From the NCBI GenBank assembly GCA_963803435.1, contig CAWDML010000003.1, positions 192,001 through 256,000 on the forward strand: 64,000 nucleotides of DNA, in the 5' to 3' direction. The notes beneath the pieces are model-generated. The model did not search any database and was not told where the DNA came from. It saw only the letters and a program-made list of their open reading frames with translations. The DNA is from an uncultured delta proteobacterium (GTDB lineage: Bacteria; Myxococcota; Kuafuiibacteriia; Kuafuiibacteriales; Kuafuiibacteriaceae). The stretch's first letter is position 1, and each line of letters opens with the position of its first letter. The position numbers and the translations under genes were made by a program. Positions 51,369 to 60,048 of the stretch are shown here, piece after piece.

Positions 51369-54098
51369 ATGAGGATCGAGTGCGAGGTCTGCAGCGCGAC
51401 GTACACCATCGATGACGCGCAGCTCTCCGATCAGCCGATCGGCGCCCAGTGCCCCTACTGCGGCCACGTTCGGCTGGTGAAACGGGGAGACGCCGGCGCG
51501 TCGGCCGGCGCGCCGCCGCCCCACGCCGCGAGCGATCTCGCGCTGGGCGCGCCTCCGATCAAGGAGAGCCCATTCTTGGGCGGCGGACCGCCGAACCCGT
51601 TCGGGGGCAACAACGGAGGCGCGCCGCCGTTCGGCAGCGCCTCGCCGTTCGGTGCCTCGCCGTTCGGCGCCTCGCCGTTCGGGAACGAGCCGCCGGGCGT
51701 GCCGCCGCCGACCAGCCCGCCGCCCCCGGTGCCGGGCGGGCTGCAGCTCACGCCTCGCCTGCCGGCCGGACCGCCGCTGGCGCCCCCGCCCCCGCAGCCG
51801 GAGGCGCCGGGCGCGAGCTGCCAGGTCTGCGGGACGGTGCTGACCGACGAGTTCGACAAGGTGATCGGACTGTGCGACGTGCACCAGCGCGATCGTCGGG
51901 GTGCCGACGGCCCCCAGATCACGACCTCCCGTTGGTTCGCGCGCGCGCGCGACGGCCGCGCGGACGGCCCGCTCGACATCGAGGATCTGCGCCAGCGCAT
52001 CCGCAGCGGCGAGTTCTCGCCGGACGACGAGTTCTCGCAGGACGGGCTCGACTTCGGGCCGATCTCCCGCTTCAAGGATCTCGCCTATCTGGCCAGCCTG
52101 AAGGTCGGCGGCCAGAGCGGCGTCGGCCAGCGATCGTCGTTCGCGAGGCCCAGCCCGGGCGTCAGCCTCAGGCGGCTGGTGATGCCGCTGTTCTTGCTCG
52201 CTGCGATCGGCGGCGTCGGCTTCCTCGCCTTCGCCCAGCGCGAACAGCTGATGAAGGTCTATCAGGACCTCACCACCAAGACGAAGATCCTCGGACCCAG
52301 CATGCCGAATCCGCTCAAGCGGTACCTGGCGCGGTGGGGTCTGGCGCATCCGGACGTGTCGGGGACCGCGCACGAGCATCTGGTCACCGCGCAGGCGCGA
52401 CATCGCGAGGACACGTGGCAGAGCTACGAGCTCGCCGAGCAGGCGTATCAGCGCGCGCTGCTCCTCGACGCGAACGATCCGACTGCGATCGCTGGATACG
52501 CCGAGAACGTGGCCGTCTGGCGCTACTCGATCACCGCGCCCGAGGAGCTTCTCATCGTGCGGAGCGCGGTGACCTACGCGAAGGAGCTGGCGCCGGAGAA
52601 CCCGGCGGTGCACCGGGCGTTCGCGGCGCTCTCGCTGGCGGCCGGCGATCTCAACGGCTGTCGCTCCGGCGCCGACGAGGCGATCAAGCGAGATCCCGGC
52701 GACGGCCAGGCCAAGCTGCTGCTGGCGGGTTGCTACATGGAGGGGAACGTCCGGCTGGCGGTGCAGGAGATTGAGGGCGCGCGCAAGATGGTGCCGGAGC
52801 TCCGCCGGGCCGACCGGGTGCTGGCCGAGGCCTACGCGAACCTGGGTCGGTTCGCCTCGGCGTTCAAGGTGCTCGAGGAGCGGCTCAACGTCGATCCGAA
52901 CAACGGCAACGTCCACCTGGCGTACGGCGACCTGGCCCGAGACCTCGCGATGGTCGACAAGGCCAAGGCCTCGTACGAGCGCGCGCTGGCGAGCGGTGAC
53001 GACGTTCAGGCGGCCCACCTCGCGCTGGCCGACCTGGCGCTCGAGCTCAATCAGACCGGCGACGCGATCAACCACTACCGGCAGGCGACCGAGGTCCGGT
53101 CCATCTACGGGCTGCGCGCGGTGCGCGCGTACGCGGGTTGGGCCAAGGGCGAGCTCCTCCGTGGTCACGCCCACCGTGCCGCCCAGCTCGCCGAGTTGGC
53201 GCTGAAGACCGGCCGCGAGGATCCGTCGGCCACGCTGTACGTGAGCGAGGCGTCCATCGTCCGGGGCGAGGCGGGGCTCATGACCGGGTCCGCCACCACG
53301 GCCACCACCTTCGCGCGCCGGGTGCTCGATGCTTCCGGCGGCGAGCCGGCAGCGCTGGTGCTGCTCGGTCGCGCCGCGCTGCTCCAGGGCCAGGCCGAGC
53401 AGGCGATCAAGTACTTCGAGGACGCGGCCTCCAGCGACTCGCGCGATCCGCGGCTGAAGGGGATCCTGGCGGCGACCTATCTCTCGCGCGGCGGTTACAC
53501 GCGCGCCTTCGCCCTGATGCGGCGCGCCGCCGACGAGGATCCGCTGGTCGCCAACTCCCGGCGGAAGGCGAGCCCGCTGGCGCTCTCCGAGCTCCCCGTG
53601 AAGGAAGCGATCGAGCAGTTTCGGCGGGCGACGTCCGAGGATCGAAACGCTTCGGTCGCGAACGCGGCGATCGGAATGCTCTACTACCACTCGGGCGATC
53701 GGGCCCGGGCCCAGGCGGCGATCGAGAAGGCGCTCCGGGCCGACTCCTCGAACGTGGCGGCGCTGATCTACGAGGCCCAGCTGGCGCTCGATCGCGGGAG
53801 CCCCAAGGTGGCGCAGGAGGCTGCCGAGCGCCTGCTGACGGTGGAGCGGGGCTCTGCGCTGGGCTACCTCTTGCTCGGTCGGGCGTTCCGCGCTCAGGGC
53901 AAGAAGGCGGAGGCTGTCGAGAAGTTCGAGGCCGCGCTGCGCAGCAACCCGGGCCTGCTGGTCGCGCGGGTCGAGATGGCCGAGATGCAGCTCGACTCGG
54001 GCGATCGACCGGCGCTGGTCGACAAGCTGGAGGAAGCGTTCCGCGTCAACCCGAACGCCCTCGAGACGCGCCAGGTGCTCTACCGCGCGGGGATCTGA
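51369..54098 (+). CDS. MJ0042-type zinc-ribbon / Pro-rich / GYF-like / TM / TPR protein
   Basis: MRIECEVCSATY...CPYCGH; second CQVCG...CDVH; WFAR...GPLDIEDL; TM helix; many TPR-like repeats; GGAG RBS. Confidence 0.82.
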   Translation: MRIECEVCSATYTIDDAQLSDQPIGAQCPYCGHVRLVKRGDAGASAGAPPPHAASDLALGAPPIKESPFLGGGPPNPFGGNNGGAPPFGSASPFGASPFGASPFGNEPPGVPPPTSPPPPVPGGLQLTPRLPAGPPLAPPPPQPEAPGASCQVCGTVLTDEFDKVIGLCDVHQRDRRGADGPQITTSRWFARARDGRADGPLDIEDLRQRIRSGEFSPDDEFSQDGLDFGPISRFKDLAYLASLKVGGQSGVGQRSSFARPSPGVSLRRLVMPLFLLAAIGGVGFLAFAQREQLMKVYQDLTTKTKILGPSMPNPLKRYLARWGLAHPDVSGTAHEHLVTAQARHREDTWQSYELAEQAYQRALLLDANDPTAIAGYAENVAVWRYSITAPEELLIVRSAVTYAKELAPENPAVHRAFAALSLAAGDLNGCRSGADEAIKRDPGDGQAKLLLAGCYMEGNVRLAVQEIEGARKMVPELRRADRVLAEAYANLGRFASAFKVLEERLNVDPNNGNVHLAYGDLARDLAMVDKAKASYERALASGDDVQAAHLALADLALELNQTGDAINHYRQATEVRSIYGLRAVRAYAGWAKGELLRGHAHRAAQLAELALKTGREDPSATLYVSEASIVRGEAGLMTGSATTATTFARRVLDASGGEPAALVLLGRAALLQGQAEQAIKYFEDAASSDSRDPRLKGILAATYLSRGGYTRAFALMRRAADEDPLVANSRRKASPLALSELPVKEAIEQFRRATSEDRNASVANAAIGMLYYHSGDRARAQAAIEKALRADSSNVAALIYEAQLALDRGSPKVAQEAAERLLTVERGSALGYLLLGRAFRAQGKKAEAVEKFEAALRSNPGLLVARVEMAEMQLDSGDRPALVDKLEEAFRVNPNALETRQVLYRAGI
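51639..51683. repeat. 15-bp tandem repeat x3 encoding ASPFG
   Basis: gcctcgccgttcggN x3. Confidence 0.85.
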
Positions 54099-55367
54099 TG
54101 GCGACCTGTCTCGTCGTGGGCGGCGGCGGCCGGGAGCATGCGCTCGCGCAGGCGCTCCGGGACTCGCCGTCGAAGCCGCGCGTGATCGCTGCGCCCGGCA
54201 ACGCCGGTATCGCTCAGATCGCAGAGACGATCCCGATCGCGGCGACCTCCGTGGACGCGCTCGTGTCGCTGGCGAGGACGCGTGCCCCCGATCTGGTGGT
54301 CGTCGGTCCCGAGGCGCCGCTGGTCCTGGGGCTCGGGGATGCGCTCCGCGCCGAAGGGTTGGCGGTGCTGGGCCCCGACCGGGCGGCCGCCGAGCTGGAG
54401 GGCAGCAAGACGTTTGCGAAGCAGGCGATGCGGGAGTCCGGCGTGCCGACGGCGCGCTGGGACGTCTTCACCGAGGTGGAGCCCGCGATCCGCTTCGCCC
54501 GCGGGCTGGGCGGCGCGTCGGTGGTGAAGGCCGACGGCCTGGCGGCGGGCAAGGGCGTGGTGGTGGCCGGCTCGCTCGGGGAGAGCGAGGCGGCGATCCG
54601 CTCGATCCTGGGCGGTGCGTGGGGCGCCGCCGGTCGTCGCATCGTGGTGGAGGAGCTGCTGGAGGGCGAGGAGCTCTCGGTGATCGCGTTGGTGGACGGG
54701 ACGCGCATCGTGCTGATGGCGCCGTCGCAGGATCACAAGCGCGCCCTCGACGGCGATCGCGGGCCCAACACGGGGGGTATGGGCGCGTACTCGCCGGCCC
54801 CGCGCGGGACGCCTGCGCTGATGCAGGAGGTCGAGGCCCGCTGCCTGCGGCCGATCGTCGACCTGATGTCCGCGCGGGGGACGCCGTTCTCGGGCGTGCT
54901 CTACGCCGGGCTGATGCTGACGGAGGCGGGGCCGAAGGTGCTCGAGTACAACGTCCGTTTCGGCGATCCGGAGACCCAGGCGATCCTGCCGCGGCTGGAG
55001 GAGGACGCCTTCGAGCTGTTCTCGGCGGCGGCGCGGGGGCGGCTGCCGGAGCGGGTTGCGCGCTTCTCGGAGCGCTCGGCGGTCACGGTGGTGCTGGCCG
55101 CCGAGGGCTATCCGGTCTCGGCCCGGACCGGCGACCCCATCGAGGGGCTCGAGCGGGCCTCGGCCCTCGAGGGGGTGCGCGTCTTTCACGCAGGCACCCG
55201 CCGCGAGGGGGACCGGATCGTGACCGCGGGCGGGCGGGTCCTGGGTGTCACCGCGCTGGGCGCCCCGCTCGCGGAGGCGGTCGAGCGCGCCTACCGCGGC
55301 GTGGCCGAGATTCTCGTGGCCGGGCATGTGCTACCGGCGGGACATCGCGCACCGCGCGCTCGGGTGA
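54098..55367 (+). CDS. purD: Phosphoribosylamine-glycine ligase, apparent frameshift near 55311
   Basis: GGGGREHAL, LEGSK, KADGLAAGKGV, GPNTGGMGAY and RFGDPETQ; removing one T restores the canonical end ISWPGMCYRRDIAHRALG*. Confidence 0.95.
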
Positions 55368-55370
55368 GCG

Positions 55371-56051
55371 GTGCTGTTCCTCGATCTCGACGGCACGACG
55401 CTCGACGTCACCAAGCGGCACTACGCCACCTACGTGGAGGTGCTCGCGCTGCCCGACGTCCGCGGCGTGCCGATCCCGGAGCGCGAGTACTGGGCGCTCC
55501 GTCGCGAGGGCAAGCCGTGGGAGGAGATCGTGAAGCGCTCGCGCGTCTTTCCCACGAAATATCAGACCTATCGCGAGCGCTTCGACGAGCGGCTCGAGAC
55601 ACCCGAGATGCTCGAGCTCGACACGCTCAGGACCGGGACGGAGACGTTCCTGGGGAAGATGTACACGAAGATCCCGATCGTGCTCGTGACGCTGCGGCGC
55701 GACGGTGAGGCGCTCGAGAGCCAGCTCGCCGCGCTCGGGATCCGGAAGTACTTCGTGACGGTGCTGTTCGGAGCGCCCAAGCTGGGACGGCGCAAGGATC
55801 CCGACGCGCGCTGGAAGCACAAGGCGTTCCTGATCAGGAGCCGCTACAAGCTCCTGCCGACCGAGTCGCTCTTCATCGGCGACACCGAGACCGACGTTCG
55901 CTGCGCCCGCGAGCTGGGCTTCGAGTCCATGCTGGTGGAGGGCGGCCATCGGAAGAAGGAGCTCCAGATCAAGGCGGACCCGGATCGCATCGTCGCGGAC
56001 CTTCCGGGCTCTCTGAAGCAGATCCTGGCCGGGGGGCGCTGGCAGCGCTGA
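55371..56051 (+). CDS. HAD-family hydrolase
   Basis: FLDLDGT and FIGDTETD. Confidence 0.85.
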   Translation: MLFLDLDGTTLDVTKRHYATYVEVLALPDVRGVPIPEREYWALRREGKPWEEIVKRSRVFPTKYQTYRERFDERLETPEMLELDTLRTGTETFLGKMYTKIPIVLVTLRRDGEALESQLAALGIRKYFVTVLFGAPKLGRRKDPDARWKHKAFLIRSRYKLLPTESLFIGDTETDVRCARELGFESMLVEGGHRKKELQIKADPDRIVADLPGSLKQILAGGRWQR

Positions 56052-56093
56052 GATGGTTGACCGCACATCCATTTAGTTGCTAGTCGCAACCAA

Positions 56094-57018
56094 ATGGATG
56101 ACCTCTTCCACGAAGTCTCTCCTCTGCGCCAGGCCTCCCGCGAGGCCGTCCGCGAGCTGGGGATTCTGGGCAAGCTCGGGGATCTCGAGATCTCGCCGGC
56201 CCAGTGCCACGCGATGATCGAGCTCGGTCACCACGGCGTGCTCACCGCCGGGGATCTGGCCGAGATCCTGCGCCTCGACAAGTCCACCATGAGTCGCGCG
56301 GTGGCTGCGCTCGAGAAGAGCGGCCTGATCGCGGTGGGCCGCGGCGCGAGCGACAAACGCAGGAAGCCGCTCTCTCTCACCGCGCGCGGCAAGAAGAAGC
56401 TGGAGAAGATCCACCAGCGCTCCAACCTTCAGGTGAACGAGGCGCTGGCGCTGCTCTCGGAGGAGGAGCGGCGGACGGTGGTGCAAGGCATGTCGATCTA
56501 CGCCAAGGCGTTGGCGCGCGTCCGCAGCCAGCGCGAGTTCCAGATCCGGCTCATCGAGCCTGGCGACGACCCGTACGTCGCCGGGATCATCCGCAAGGTC
56601 ATGCCGGAGTTCGGCGCCGACGGCCCCGGCTTCGCGATCCACGACGCGGAGGTCGACGCCATGTCGGCGGCCTACCGCGGGAAGAAGGCCGGCTACTTCG
56701 TCGTCACCCGGAACGGCGTCATCGTCGGGGGCGGCGGGTTCGCGCCGCTCTCGGGCGCGCCGGAGGATTCTGTGCGAGCTCCGCAAGATGTACTTTCTCC
56801 CCGAGGTGCGTGGTACCGGGATGGGCCGGAAGCTCCTCGAGCACGTCCTCGAGGCCGCGCGGAAGGCCGGCCACCGGGGGTGCTATCTCGAGACGCTGGG
56901 GAACATGACGCGCGCGGCGTCGCTCTACCGGGCGGCCGGGTTCGAGCCGCTCTCGGCGCCGCTCGGCGCCACCGGACACTTCGGCTGCGATCGTTGGATG
57001 CTGAAGTCGCTCGTGTGA
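56094..57018 (+). CDS. MarR-HTH / GNAT acetyltransferase fusion, apparent frameshift near 56768
   Basis: LRLDKSTMSRAV...DKRRKPLSLT; VGGGGFAPL then CELRKMYFLPEVRGTGMG and CYLET in the next frame. Confidence 0.88.
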
Positions 57019-57049
57019 GGCTCAGCCGTCGATGGTCCCGCGCGAAGGG

Positions 57050-57301
57050 TCAGCGCGCGGCCTTCATGAGGCGCGCGACGGTGCGGCTCGCGGCGTTGGT
57101 CGGGAGCACGTTCTTGGCGGCGGCCTTGTAGATCTCGCGGATGGCCACCTTCACCAGGCTGTCCTTCTCTTGAGACTTCTCGTTGATCGCGTCCCGTGCG
57201 CGCTGCACGGCGGTGCGCATCCGCGAGCGGAGCGTGGCGTTTCGCGAACGCCGCTTCTGGTTCTGTCGGTTGCGCTTTTCGGCTGAAGGATGATTCGCCA
57301 C
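57050..57301 (-). CDS. rpsT: 30S ribosomal protein S20
   Basis: ANHPSAEKRNRQ...N...RSRMRT...NAASR. Confidence 0.95.
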   Translation of the reverse strand: MANHPSAEKRNRQNQKRRSRNATLRSRMRTAVQRARDAINEKSQEKDSLVKVAIREIYKAAAKNVLPTNAASRTVARLMKAAR

Positions 57302-57608
57302 TGATGTCTTCCTTTGGGAGCACCGGTGGGTATCCGTGGGCCGCCCGGGTTGTCAAGGTCATCGGACCCTGCAGGGTCTGCAGCGCGGACGCTGTGAAAA
57401 AGGTGTGGTCAAAGCGGGGGTCCGTGTCGCCAAGTGCCCCAATCAAAAGCCCATTTCGGGGGTCTGCACAAAAAATGTGCAACCGGATTCCCGTGCGAAT
57501 CTATAGGGTTGCCGATCTCAACCGCCGGTACTCGCAACTGCCTGTGAAACGTTGGATCCCGTGCGGATCTCATTGCGGCGGCCCGCCTCGCCTCCTATAC
57601 GCGCCGAA

Positions 57609-58451
57609 GTGCCGCGACCCGAGCCCAACACGGACGACACCTTTCTGACCGCTCCCGCCGAGGCGGACCGGGCGAGCTTCGCCCAGGCCTTCGAGCGCCT
57701 GGTCGGCCTGATGGCCCGTCTCCGGGGCGAGGGCGGCTGCCCGTGGGATCGGGCGCAGAACCTCGAGACGCTGCGACCCTACCTCATCGAGGAGGCGTAC
57801 GAGGTGCTGGAGGCGGTCGAGTCGGGCGACGTCGCGCACCACCGCGAGGAGCTCGGCGACCTCCTGCTCCAGGTGGTGTTTCACGCCGAGATCCGCAGGC
57901 AAGAGGGGGAGTTCGACGCCGCCGACGTCGCGCATGGCATCGCCGACAAGCTCGTCCGGCGGCACCCGCACGTGTTCGCCGCGGAGCGGGCCGACGATGC
58001 CACCGACGCGCTGGCGCGCTGGGAGGAGATCAAGAGCAAGGAGAAGGCGGGTCGATCGGTGATCGCCGGCGTGCCGCGGGAGCTGCCGGCGCTCCTGCGG
58101 GCCCAGCGCGTCCAGGAGAAGGCCGCCAACGTCGGCTTCGACTGGAGCGACCTCGACGGCCCCATCGCCAAGCTGGACGAGGAGCTCGGCGAGCTCCGCG
58201 CCGCCATCGCCGAGAAGGCGCGCGCCGGGATCGAGCACGAGCTCGGCGATCTGCTCTTCTCGCTGGTCAACGTCGCGCGGCATCTCGAGGTCACAGCCGA
58301 GGACGCGCTCCGCGCCAGCATCGAGCGCTTCAGCCGGCGCTTCGGCCACGTCGAGTCGAGGGCGAAGGACGCGGGCAGGGCGCTCAGCGAGACGTCGCTC
58401 GAGGAGATGGAGTCGTACTGGGAGGAGGCGAAGGCGGCCGAGCGCGGGTGA
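57609..58451 (+). CDS. mazG: Nucleoside triphosphate pyrophosphohydrolase MazG
   Basis: GCPWD, EEAYEV, EELGDLLLQV, KLVRRHPHVF and GFDW; start inferred. Confidence 0.95.
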   Translation: MPRPEPNTDDTFLTAPAEADRASFAQAFERLVGLMARLRGEGGCPWDRAQNLETLRPYLIEEAYEVLEAVESGDVAHHREELGDLLLQVVFHAEIRRQEGEFDAADVAHGIADKLVRRHPHVFAAERADDATDALARWEEIKSKEKAGRSVIAGVPRELPALLRAQRVQEKAANVGFDWSDLDGPIAKLDEELGELRAAIAEKARAGIEHELGDLLFSLVNVARHLEVTAEDALRASIERFSRRFGHVESRAKDAGRALSETSLEEMESYWEEAKAAERG

Positions 58452-58458
58452 ACGGCGG

Positions 58459-59292
58459 TCAAAGCTGGAGCTCGTAGACCTCAATCCAGTCCGCGTCGAA
58501 CGTGGCGTCGAACGAGCGAAAGCCGATGGCGCCCGAGAAGAAGGTGTTGGAGGTGCCGGTGACCTCGACGTCGCCCACCTTGCAGCGATAGCCGGCCGCG
58601 TCGGCGGTGAAGTCGACGGGCATCCAGGTGCCGGCGATCGCCGTGGTGGCGGCCTCGCCGAGCACCGAGCGGCTGGTGCCCTCGTACTCGGTCACCTGCA
58701 CCTTGCCCGACTTGATGTTGATGCCGCACGCGACGTAGCGGCTCGGGGTCACCTGGCTGACGCGGGCGAGGACCGCCACGTAGCCGCTGTCGACCTCGGA
58801 GCCGTTGCCCACGGCGTCGATCCGGATGAGCGAGCGAACGAAGATGTCGGACCAATTGGGGCGCGGTCCGATCCAGCCCTCGCGCTCGTAGGGCTCCAGG
58901 ACGAAGACGTGCAAGAGGCTCGCGCCGGGCGAGATCTCCATCGACACCGAGCTGAAGATCCAGCCGCTGGTGACGCTCTCGAACGTGTCGCTGAAGAGGG
59001 CCGGGTTCGAGTAGCCCGGGTTCGGATCCTCGTCGTCCGGGATGCCGTCGCCGTCCCCGTCCGCGATCGGGGCGGCATCCGGGAACACGGCGTCGGGGTG
59101 CTCGCCCGTGTCCTCGACGCCCGAGTCGGCGGGATCGAGGTCGGCGTCCGCCTCGGCCGCGTCATCGGCGCTGACGCCGCGGTCCTTGAACGCGGCGCCC
59201 GCATCGCCGGGATTCGTGACGGGCGGCGGTCCCGGGATGCACGCGGTCAGCGCGACCGCGAGGCACATCCACGTCGAGGGTGGGCGGATCAT
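58459..59292 (-). CDS. Lipoprotein with acidic Ca-binding-like motif and beta-sandwich (DUF1080-like) domain
   Basis: Lipobox LTAC; DGDGDGIPDDED; FSDTFE...W and SGAIGFRS...ATFD. Confidence 0.65.
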   Translation of the reverse strand: MIRPPSTWMCLAVALTACIPGPPPVTNPGDAGAAFKDRGVSADDAAEADADLDPADSGVEDTGEHPDAVFPDAAPIADGDGDGIPDDEDPNPGYSNPALFSDTFESVTSGWIFSSVSMEISPGASLLHVFVLEPYEREGWIGPRPNWSDIFVRSLIRIDAVGNGSEVDSGYVAVLARVSQVTPSRYVACGINIKSGKVQVTEYEGTSRSVLGEAATTAIAGTWMPVDFTADAAGYRCKVGDVEVTGTSNTFFSGAIGFRSFDATFDADWIEVYELQL

Positions 59293-59424
59293 CGGCGCGG
59301 CAAGCGTGAAACCCCCGGCAGCGAGTGGAACATCGGGCAGGTGTCGGGCTCGAAAATTTTTGTCAGGAGAGGCTCGACAACGACCTCATTCGGTTTCACT
59401 CTCGCCGCCCAGTCCGGAGCACGA

Positions 59425-59847
59425 ATGAGCAACATCACCTTCCAGTGCGTCTCCTGTGGCGCCGATTTCGAAGTGGAAATGACTTCCATCATCGAGAAGT
59501 CGAAGACGATCAAGTGTCCGAACTGCGACGCAAAGCCGGCCGCTGGGCGCGTCCACAGCTTCGCCCTCGCCCTCGAGGAGCTGATCTCGTGCATGGCCGG
59601 GCTGAGGACCAAGGTGCGGTTCGAGCTCACCCTGGACACCGACGATCTGCCGCCCCCCTACGGCCCCGCCGAGGAGGAGGAGGGCAGCCTCACCAGCTTC
59701 GACGACGACCTGAACGCCGAGGAGGACTTCGAGGAGGACGAGGACGGCGAGGACTCGGACGACGACGAGGACGAGGACTACTACGACGACTTCGACGAGG
59801 ACGACGACGAGGCCGACGAGGAAGAGGAAGCCGACGACGGCTACTGA
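59425..59847 (+). CDS. Zinc-ribbon protein with long Asp/Glu tail
   Basis: CVSC...CPNC; GGAG RBS; last ~50 aa almost entirely D/E. Confidence 0.75.
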   Translation: MSNITFQCVSCGADFEVEMTSIIEKSKTIKCPNCDAKPAAGRVHSFALALEELISCMAGLRTKVRFELTLDTDDLPPPYGPAEEEEGSLTSFDDDLNAEEDFEEDEDGEDSDDDEDEDYYDDFDEDDDEADEEEEADDGY

Positions 59848-59869
59848 GCCGCCCCGCGTGTCTCCGATC

Positions 59870-60027
59870 CCATCCGACTGACGGATGGTCCCCCCGCGCC
59901 CGTTCCCGCAGGAAGGCGGGGAAGATTCCGAGACCCTGAGCGTAAGAACAGGGCGGAGGACCACCCCGGGCAAGCGAAGCGCGCAGCGAGCGAAGCGAGC
60001 GGACACGGTGCGAGGGCTTTGCCCGGG
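59870..60027. other. Multi-hairpin intergenic element (REP/MITE-like or structured leader)
   Basis: Stems CCATCCG/CGGATGG, TTCCCGC/GCGGGGAA, CCCTG/CAGGG and CCCGGGCAA/TTGCCCGGG, the last enclosing GCGAGCGAAGCGAGCG. Confidence 0.45.
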
Positions 60028-60048
60028 CGGGCCCCAGAGGGAACGAAG

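Noticed and set aside
55309-55708. Apparent purD C-terminal extension or programmed frameshift
   Set aside because: One extra T at GATTC explains it, the canonical C-terminus is in the next frame, and there is no slippery site.
57609-58451. mazG as an anti-phage or toxin-antitoxin component
   Set aside because: Full-length two-domain housekeeping type with no mazEF or defence neighbours.
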